The position numbers and the translations under genes are program-made. The notes under the pieces are model-generated. The model saw only the letters and a program-made list of their open reading frames with translations, did no database searches and was not told the origin of the DNA. A DNA stretch of 64,000 nt from Takakia lepidozioides (lineage: Eukaryota > Plantae > Bryophyta): positions 50,902,001 to 50,966,000 of the forward strand of contig CM060734.1 of NCBI GenBank assembly GCA_030704615.1, written 5' to 3'. Shown here piece after piece: positions 38,250-47,465 of the stretch; the first letter of the stretch is position 1, and every line of letters starts with the position of its first letter.

Positions 38250-39245
38250 TGTACTCCGCACTCTGCGTTGCTCAGCCAGAGCCAAGCTGATAATCCAGGT
38301 CAAGCAATTGAGATCCATTGCTTGCCCCAACACTTGACGACGTGATGCCTCAGAAAGAGACGACACCGCCGTGGTACCAGTGGTAAAACCCATTGCCCGC
38401 TCACGCTCGTCAGCATTAGGCTCCACTAACTGCTGCAACTGAGCATCCCACAGGAGGCCAGGTCCACTATCCCGGAAAGCATGCGATCCTGGGAAGCTGA
38501 GCAGTGTAGGTAATGCTGCTCGTGGTTGACCCACCTTGTTGACCACTGCCAAAGGCGAACGGTCATCGTGTCTCACACGCTGAGACTGCCTCCCTGTGTC
38601 CAGAATGTTATCCACTGTGAGATGTGCTGGCCGCTGCACCCCATCAAATGCACGCTTGAGCAGTGCGGGTGGCATCAAGTTAGTCCACCATAGCCGTGGA
38701 CGATGAGCCCGTGACCCCACTGTAGCTGCATCTAGCAACACTGCTGACCCAAGCCACGACCGGACTTGATGCACACTGGCCATCACCTGGCCCGAGAATC
38801 GCCCATCAGTGGCACATTCTCCAAGATGTATGCTGGAGATACAGCTTGATGAAGCTGCAAGTGGCGCAAAACCGCACCATCTCCCAAAACAGACCCGACC
38901 TCGAGTCTCGCAATCCATTGCCATGCCGGCTGATGAATGCCCTTGGCAGGGCCAACCTGCCCTACCAGATCAATGGAGCCAACCCGCTCCAAATCCTGCG
39001 CCCCCAGCAACGAAATGTCTGCTGGCAAGGCCTGCTGATATCCACGAATTGCAGACACCGACAACAACTCAGGGTACCGCTGCACCAACTGAGCAACATG
39101 GCGAAGTGAAACGCGTCGTGCAGTCTCATCCCTCTCCACATACAGGTAACGCCGAACTCGTACACCTGCCTGTAACACAGCAGCCAATCCGGTGCTGATC
39201 CCGCCAAACAAGTCCAGAAGACAAATGCCTTCATCCGGATACTGC
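38250..39245 (-). pseudogene. C5 cytosine DNA methyltransferase domain (DNMT3/DRM-like) within pol, frameshifted
   Basis: Motif I LDLFGGISTG, II YVERD, III ADI, IV GWPCQG (Cys codon 38946-38948), GLRDSRSGLFWEMVR, VI ILENV, VIII SRAHRPRLWWTN, IX ERERAMGF, X RRQVLGQAM. Confidence 0.9.
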
Positions 39246-39634
39246 CACACAATAGGTGTGGTGTCCAATGGAGACAATTGAGGTGGTCCTGGTGCAATCC
39301 CCACACTCTCCTCCTCTCCTGACGGTACAAAAGCCTCCACCCAGGCTTGTTGCACCCGTCGATCAGCATCCCGCTGCAAATCCTTGCTCGTGCCCACAAT
39401 GGAGTCTGAGCAACCATGGTAGGCAACTCCGCCATACCATACATGTCATCCTGCTCTCCCGGAGGTGGTACATCCTCTGAATGAGCATTGCCCTCAAGCA
39501 ACTCTCTAGGCCAACTCACTGCCGCTGTGAATGCTGCTAGTGTCGGCATCTTGCCTCGCTGGGCAACCGCAACTCCTCCTATGAACGTCACAGGGAGCTG
39601 CACACGCCGGCCCTCCCCTGACTGCCATGCAGGC

Positions 39635-40075
39635 CTATAGGAAGCTGACTCCTCCAAAAATCCAGGGTGAAGCCCATGGGGTACAACACTGCCCCACCAA
39701 CCAGGACATCGTATGAGACGCGTCTGTCACAATGGCCTTGGCTCGCATCACTGAGCCATCTGTAGGGTGATCCGGCCGTAGTCTGATAGCCAACTCACGC
39801 CGTGTCATGCCCCGAGCCTGCTCCGATCCTCCCAGAGACGTCTGTATCTGGAAAGGACAAGGCTCCATATCCGCCCCGTGAGGCCCAAAGCCTGCAATAG
39901 CAGCTCTGCCCAGCATCAATGGCTGAGCTCCCGAGTCCAACAAGACCCGCAGTGGCCGGTACCTCTTGCCTGCCGGTCCACTCAAACAGAAAATGCCATC
40001 CTGGTTGTCTAACATGACAACTCCAGGTGTCACCATGGCGCGCTCAATGGCTGGCCTAGCTGGCAGCTCCATCAA
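39635..40075 (-). pseudogene. Aspartic protease of the outer element
   Basis: RVLLDSGAQPLML motif; a downstream YDVLVG-like motif in another frame. Confidence 0.8.
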
Positions 40076-40706
40076 CCTGGCAGCTGCAGCTTGCCATGGC
40101 GCGCCGTGGCAGTCTTGACCCTCAAATCCGAGGATCCCTCCGGCACTACACCTCCCACTATCTCCGCAGAAGATGAAGTAACCTCCCCACTCTCACAGAG
40201 TGTAGCTGCCAGCCTGAACACCTCAGCTGGTCTTACCCCCGGCGTCGCAATCATGGTAGCCGAGAACAATGGAGCCTGGCACACAGATGTGGCCGCTCCT
40301 AGCAGCACACTAGCTGCCGTAGCCTTGGCAACACTAGGTAGTGGTGCTACCCGTGTAGCTCTCCCCAATGGCATAGTAACCTCCGCCTCGGTAACAGTCG
40401 GGCGAGAACTAGGTGCCATGGATGGCGTCGACACTGTCTCCGCCAATGTGAATGACTGAGGAAGCCTAGCCTGACGGCTTGCCTCCCCACGCTGTGGATC
40501 CAACTCCACCTCTGCACCTCGTGGCTCAGGAACTCGTGCTGCTCCTCGAGTCACGGCTGCAGCAGACTCCACCTGCACTAGTGGTAGTGCTGCTCCACAC
40601 ATGAATCCCATGCCTCCCATATCTCCTCCCTCAGGAGCAGGAGGTGGACCATCCGGCCTTAGAGCCGGTACCACCTGAGCTGTAGCCATGGCAGCGAGCC
40701 TCTGCT

Positions 40707-42145
40707 CTAGCTGCTGAAGCCGGTTGGCCATGCCTTGGTCACACCCTGACCTCCGCGTCCTTGGCCATGTTGAGCTTGCCCTTGGCCTGCACCTCGTGGC
40801 TGGCCACCTCGTCCTCTCTGGGCTGCTCCACCTCGCCCCCGGCCACCATTGTTCCCTTGGAACTGGCCTGGGCGCAACTCAGGATGCAAACCATAACACT
40901 GGGCCTCTCCATGCCCGTGCTTGCCACAATGCCCACACTGCAACTGTGCAGGCTGTGCATGTGCCGGCCCTTTGCCTCCCTCTGGGCAATCCTTCTTGAC
41001 ATGGGGTCCTCCACATGTCCAGCACACACCCGCCCGTTGTTGGCCAGCAAATGAAGGGAGAGACCCCTGCATCTGAGGTCCTCTCTGCCCTTCCCTGAGC
41101 TTCACCTGAGCCCCCTTGTTGCCTTGAGCACGTTGAGGTAGTGGTTGGCTAGGAGCACCACTACCCCGTGGTGTCTCCTTAGCAAATCCCACCATGACCA
41201 CTCGTTCCTCCACCATGTTGAGCTCTATCCGCTCTGCCAGCAAAAACACATTTGCTAAGGTGGGTTGGGCCGCTTGTAGGAGAGTTGCATCCCGCACCCT
41301 TCTCCTCAGCTCCTTGTCCATATCCCATACCAGAATTGGACTGCCTGAGCTTCCGTAACCCTTGGGTTACATTTATCAAGCGCCTCATGCGAGTGAAAGC
41401 CTCCCTCAAGCTCTCGGTCGGCTTCCGTTGGAACTCTTGCAAGCTCCGCAACTTCTCTGTCCTCACCCCTTGGTAGTTCCCTCTCAACTCTTCGAAGAAC
41501 TCCACAACAGGGTTGAAGGCAGGCACGGGTGCTAGTGCTGGTGCGGTAGTGGCTTGGGTGGACGTCGTAGCTACTGTACCACCAGTCCCACTAGCTGCTA
41601 CTTGCTGAAGCTGCCGGTGTGCAGCGGCAGGTGTAGCCACTGCCCTCGTGGCTCTAGTGCCCCTAGTGATGGAGACATAGTCGGGTGACCAGTACATCCT
41701 CCACTCCTCGATCTCAACCTCATGCCCCCGCCTGAACTCATGGTAATCATCCATAGGCGGCCCCTCAAGGTGCTGAAACAGCCCCTTCCATGCCATGAAG
41801 GCGTAAATAGTTGTGGATTGCGCATTTGCTGCAAATCACACCAACTATCAAACTCTTGGATAAAATCATCCAACTCGATGGTGCCCACCGCCCCAGAGTA
41901 CCTTCGTGGCCCTTGGTAGCTCCATACATCTCCTCCATTGTGTCCCACAACAATGGCAAAGAAACAACTTGCACCGCCGGTATGAGTCCTCCTGATTCAC
42001 AATCCGAATCAGAACCTTCCGTAGAAGACACAGGAGGTGAAGGTGGCCTAAACCGCACACCTCGTCTCGTGTACCCACTAGTATCGCTAGTGCTCGAACC
42101 GGCACTGTCCCCAGCAACTAGTGGCACCTCCGTGTTGACACTCAA
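40707..42145 (-). pseudogene. Gag of the outer element with two Zn knuckles
   Basis: YSG..DDFIQEFD, QRKPTESLREAFTRM, CWTCGGPHVKKDC and CGHCGKHGHGEAQC across frameshifted ORFs. Confidence 0.82.
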
Positions 42146-42829
42146 CCGGTCATGAACATGTCCCTAACCCCCTCTCCACAAGGTAACCGGGTAGAGAACC
42201 TGTTGCGGCTTATGGTTTGGAATACTAAGTTCCTAACATAGCCTACACCTGTACCTGCATCCACCGCAAGCACTCCTATGGTTGGCTGGTCATCACCTCC
42301 AACCTCACCACAGGAGAAACAATGATGGTCTGGCTGGTCATCACCCCAGTCGACAGCATGCTCTAGGACTGGCCGGTGATCAAATCCGGACCAATCACCT
42401 ATAAAAACAAGCGCCCACACAAAACTAGCATGGCGCACAGTCAAGCATGCAGGTATGGAGGGGATCCAAACACAAGAAATCAGAACGACAACTCCCCCAC
42501 ACCAAAAACAACTCCACGGTGTTGCTCCTGCAAGGACACCCCAGCCCAAACCCGGACTGACTCTTGCCTCCACCTACGGAAAGGTCTTGGCCTAATGAGA
42601 GGGTGAAACTACGAGGAAGAGAAGCTAAAGCAATGCCTAACCCCAGCATGCCCTCATCCCAACACTCTTCCTCTCCTCTCTTCCCTCACTTGCATGACCA
42701 TGGGATATCATGAAGATACTCCTCAAACCGCCCTCCACGAGCTTCAAAATTCGGCCTTCCAGACCACATGCCAGTCCTTAGGCAGTCCACCAGTGCCTCC
42801 ACGAGTCAGCACAGGCCGTCCACAGGTCA

Positions 42830-43290
42830 ACACGGGCCACCACAGACCAGCACAGGCCCACACAGCTCACTGGTCATTCACAGGGCACAGCCTGTTCACA
42901 GCCGTCACACACAGCCGTCACAGCCGTCACAGCCCCACAGAGGCAGCCTGTCACAGCCCAGAGGCCTCACAGCACAGTCACAGCCCCCAAAGGCCTCAGG
43001 CATGTTCACAGCCCCAAACACCACAGCCCTCACAGCCTCACAGAGGCCCACAGCCTGTCACAGCCCCTCACAGCCCGTCACAGGCCAGGCACAGCCTGTC
43101 ACAGCCCCACAGCCCGTCACAGCCCCACAGGCCATGCCTGTCTCACAAGCCCCTCACAGCACAACAGCCCCAAAGGCCTTTCACAGCCCCCAGGCACAAG
43201 CACACACAGCCCCAAAGGCTCAGGCACGGCCTGTCACAGCCTCACAGCCCTCTGTCACAGCCCGTCACAATTTTGCCCGTCACAGCCCCA
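42830..43290 (+). repeat. Degenerate CACAGC tandem array in the leader of the outer element
   Basis: Dozens of (gt)cacagc(c) units. Confidence 0.88.
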
Positions 43291-43739
43291 GGCCACCGGC
43301 ATCCAGTGTTCCATGGCCGCTGGCAGTTTAGCCATTTCTCCAGGGGTTTAGCCACGCCAAGCTAGGGTTTGTGTCTCTTGGACTCTAGGCTTCTTTCCAC
43401 CGAGCTATGGCGGCTGTGAGGAAATCAGCAAGGTATTCTTGCTCTTTCGGCTCCCACACACCACCATAGTAGCCCTAAGCCATGAGGTGGTTGCCACAAA
43501 CCAAGCCTTCTTTCTCACTTAGCCTCCCCAAACACGCCACTAAACTCAATGGCAAACAACCAAGCCCTGCTGGTTCCCAGCCCTTGTGAGCACTCATTCA
43601 AGCACTCTCCTTGGCCATAGCATCTGTCTTAGAGCCTATTCCAGCCCCCTACACCTGCTGCTTCAAGAGTTGCGCTCCCTTCAAGCTTGAAGTTGAAACC
43701 CCAACTCACATAGGCCCTACAAGTGCTTTTCTTTCACTC

Positions 43740-44230
43740 CAAGTGGAAACCAGCCCTAGACCTTCCGTTCTAGCTCTCTAAAGCTTGAAAACAACAGAGC
43801 CTCAATGGGCTGAAGGCATGCTCCACATGCCCCACTCTCACCATAAGAGAATCAGCTCCTTTGCTTCATTTCTTGCACCTACAAACCTGAAAATACAAGC
43901 TTCAGCAGGCTGAAAGCATGCTCCACATGCCCTACAGGGAAACCAGCCCCTTCCTTCCTTCCTTCCTTGCACTCCCACACCTGAAAGTGCAAGCCTTCAC
44001 CAGGCTGATAGCACGCTCCACACATGCATTGCCCTCACATAAGGGAAGTCAGCCCTTCCCTCTTCCTTGCTTGCCCTCCAAGCTTGAAGATGGAAGCTTC
44101 AATGAGCTGAATACATGCTCCACACATGCAACCTCTTCACACAGAGATATCAGCCCCCTATCTTGGCTCCTTGGCTCCTTGATGCTCTCTAAGACAAGAC
44201 TAAGCACTCCACAGCCTTTGCCAAGCTCCT
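43740..44230 (+). repeat. Degenerate ~95-100-bp tandem repeat
   Basis: The core (g)ctccaca recurs at ~43820, 43920, 44015, 44117 and 44206, each followed by a cagccc-type motif. Confidence 0.65.
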
Positions 44231-44842
44231 GAACCCTAAGGCTTACATTTCCAGCCACAAGACACTTCTCTTGTGGTGCAAGAGCTCTTCTTCCAAGCTC
44301 TGAAACCCTAGGTGCACATTCCATGGCCTTGCCGCACCTCTTAGCTCCTATTCCAGCCTTGCTCTTGCCATGACAAGAGTCCTCTCAATGCTGAAGCTCG
44401 AGATTGAAACCCAATCTCACCATACTCCACAAAGTGCACTGATTTGCCCCAAGCCAAATCAGCCCTTTCGCTTGGTCTTGCAATCCTTCACACAATGAAA
44501 GCTCGCATTCCCAAGTCCAGTTCTCAGCTTTGCCACCAAAGCCACTATAACCTGCTCTTGACTGGTCCTCTTCCCAATCGTGCTTGCTCATGCATGTACA
44601 CAATCTGAAACCATCAAGGTGCTCTGGAATTACCTGCAGCATGGTGCTTTCATCTCTGAAGCTGAAGATCGAATACCAAGGTCTACCACCTCGTAACCCA
44701 CATCGCCTCCGCTTCTAACAACCAAGAGCTCCACGGTGCTCCTTGCATAACAACTTGGTTTCTCTCATTCTCAAGCAAAAACCACAAGTGCTACAACTAA
44801 CTCGTATCTGGCACTCACAGATACGAGCTCATCTTTCTCGAG

Positions 44843-45160
44843 TGATAAAGAAGAGGAATACAAGCACGAGCTCACAAATCTGAAGCATAAACTCATGCAT
44901 ATATAACCTCATCACTCAGATACAAGTCAAGCCAAGTGCACCCCACGCCATGGGGAATCACCACTACGGCGCCATAGCTAGGCGCGGTGAGGCTCAACTC
45001 GAGAAAGATGAGCCTTCTGCGCTTGCCGTGAAAGATAACCACTCCAGGGCCTAAATCTGCCTTGACCCCTGGATTGACACTTGGGCCAATCCCAAATGTC
45101 AATATGTAAAAGCTAGCTATTTCCTAGCTAGTTTCACACTAGTGGTAAAATAACTTGACA
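44843..45160 (-). repeat. Split repeat X, copy 1 (5' terminus)
   Basis: Near-identical to 25320-25608, which lacks ~28 bp. TG..CA ends. Confidence 0.92.
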
Positions 45161-45793
45161 CATTGTAGACGTCGCAGTTCCGTGTGTTTCTAGCTCTTTG
45201 CTAAGGGATTCCACCTGCAGGTGGATGCTTGCCATGAGGGGATCTGGGGGGCTCTTCTCTACGAAGGTCTTCACTTTGTTTTCAAGTTTCGAAAGACGCA
45301 TATGTGTGGATTTGTCATTGAGATGTTTCGACAGACCTTGAAGTTTGTTATTGCACTCCTGAAGAGAGGTCTGCAAAGCGCTGTCCTGAATTTGCATATT
45401 GTCCAACGACTTCTCCAAGTTTGTGTCCCTGTCTGCCATGCGCTTCTCCCAAGCTTTGTCCAAGGAAGCCATGCGCTCCTCCCAAGCTTTGTTAAGGGAA
45501 GCCATCCGCGTCTCCCAATCTTTGTCTAGGGAAGCCAACCGCTCCTCCGAGTCCTTGTCTCGGGCAGCGAGCGCTAGCTGCAGAGTCTCCTCTGAGATGC
45601 ATTTCGTTTGCAAGATGGTGATTTGGTCCCCAAGCGTTTGAACATCAGCACTCCTTGTGGAGTACTGACGCAAAGGAGAGGCCTGCCGAGAGACAGGGGC
45701 AGGAAGAAGAAGCAGAGGGGAAGTAGGTCGGGGTGAGGGAGACGGGGAGTCTACCTCTTCGCCAAACGTCCTTTGGCGTTTGGAGGACGTCAT
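45161..45793 (-). pseudogene. LINE ORF1, N-terminal coiled-coil half
   Basis: ORF 45134-45793 has 11-aa repeats. Removing the insertion gives ..GTATSTM-ARELQAHKAEASSWA. Confidence 0.75.
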
Positions 45794-46039
45794 GGTGTGG
45801 TGGAGGTGGCGCTAGTAGCGCCAACACGTGTGAGCGCAGCGCCGACGCACGAGCGTCGACGTGCTGCCGTGCGCACGAGAGAGAGAGGTGAAGAAGAGAG
45901 GGTGGCAGAGAAGAAGAGAGAGCGGGGAGAGAGAGGTGGTGCAGTGGAACAGAGAAACATAACAGAAAAGAGGGGCCCCCAACCCCCAACAAAGACGAGA
46001 GAAGAAAACAAACAAGAGAGAGAGAGGGGCAAGAGAGCA

Positions 46040-47460
46040 AAGAACTCAAGGAGCGACTCACACTTTAAGCAACAACGAAATATAGCCATAATGAAACCAT
46101 GCAACCATATGAGCAACGAGGAACAACCATGAACTGTCCTTCTAATACAGAAACAATGCAGAGAAGTGATCCCAAACTATGGAACTAAGGCAACAACAAC
46201 AGAGCAACAACACAAACACAAATGAACAAATACCACGGAAGACTAATCTTGGGAGAGGGTAAGCCACCAGGAAAAGTCAGCACTCGCACCGAAGACTGAC
46301 GAAAGACACTACTTACCCCAACAAAGAACTGCACCAGAGAACACTCAGAAGGCTATATGCGAGAGATTGCGTGCAACAGAGGAACTCTACCACAGAAGAG
46401 TGATGGGCTGATGGACATATATAGCTAGGCCACCAAGAAATTGCTCCCCCCGAAGCCCCGTCGAAGCCGGCCTACATGCCAGAGACGCCAGCCACTGATG
46501 CCCGAATATCCTCTTTCAGTGAAGAATAGCCATGTTACGGAGCATCTCTATCCCTTCTTTGTCCGTGGGCTTTTATTACATGTTTTTAAAGTATCTCCTC
46601 TTCCGAGCGTCCAACTGATACGCCTGGATCTTGTAGTTACGGAGAGTTGAACCCCGGACGCCCTCAATATGCCCAAGCTGCACGGTTCGCTCAAAGAGAC
46701 TGGTCCCATCCAAGTTAATGCTGCAAGTATATATATGCTATCGACCTAGGTAGCTTTGGCTTACTAGTTCCCCATTATAGTCTTTCCTCCTTGCAGACCA
46801 ACTTTTCAAATCTCGACATGTTTCCGTTCACATGTTTTTGTGCTGGTAAGACAAGCAAAGTGAGGCTACTTTGATTTGAGGTATTGAATACTTATCTGGT
46901 TGAATTACTAATTTGCATTTCTTAGGTAGTAGTGGTCGTAATGTAATTGCAATTTGCTGCAGGGGTGTGTTCGTGACCTTCCAAACCTTTGCAACTGAGT
47001 CTCTCTCACAAACATCCCTCTCACTAATATTCACTTGTGTGGCTGCCAGCTATGGGGCTCCACATAGCTATGGGGCTCCACACATAGCTCCACATTATTA
47101 ATTTAGTAGCACAAATGATCCAGTACTTCACATGCTCTTTGATCTTTATCCCCCACATTAATTTGTTCCTATTAACCTACTCCCTTGCATGTCATGTGCA
47201 TTGTGCCCTTTGCTGCCCTCAGACTCCAAGTAGGGATTTGCTTTATTATCTCTGTTCAACAGTCCACAGAAGAACAAAGCCCATGAGCATGGAAGTGGTG
47301 AAAATGAATCTTGAAAATTCCAGCTTTGAAAATTCAATCCAGGATTTTAACTCAGATTCAATTAAATAGTAGAGATTCTTTGAAGATCTGAGCCTATACT
47401 ACACAACTTGGAAGTCATCCGAACTCAAATTAAACTTCACATATATAAGGTATCTCAAAA
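46040..47460 (-). repeat. Inverted copy of the PAH upstream block
   Basis: Reverse complement of ~15935-16970; also matches 50180-51440 directly. Confidence 0.85.
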
Positions 47461-47465
47461 CTGCT

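Larger units (their letters stand above)
25131..45160 (-). mobile_element. Ty3/gypsy-like retrotransposon with DNA methyltransferase, PHD finger and split direct repeats
   Basis: Domain order is gag-PR-DNMT-RT-RH-IN-PHD. Termini TGTC..GACA. TSD CAT(T) at 25127-25130 and 45161-45164. Repeats X (44843-45160, 25320-25608) and Y (25611-25810, 25131-25318). Confidence 0.9.
21131..45950 (-). mobile_element. RTEX-like LINE, near full length (about 21131-25130 and 45161-45950), split in ORF1 by the gypsy nest
   Basis: ORF1, APE endonuclease, RT and CCHC finger occur in order. The 3' tail is (CATTT)n at ~21135-21162. The 5' end is approximate and no TSD was found. Confidence 0.85.

Noticed and set aside
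38250-39245. DNMT as an independent host gene or bacterial contaminant
   Set aside because: It is intronless, co-oriented and collinear between PR and RT, inside TSD-bounded element ends.
42694-43365. 223-aa and 187-aa plus-strand ORFs
   Set aside because: Stop-free by-products of the CACAGC repeat; low complexity.
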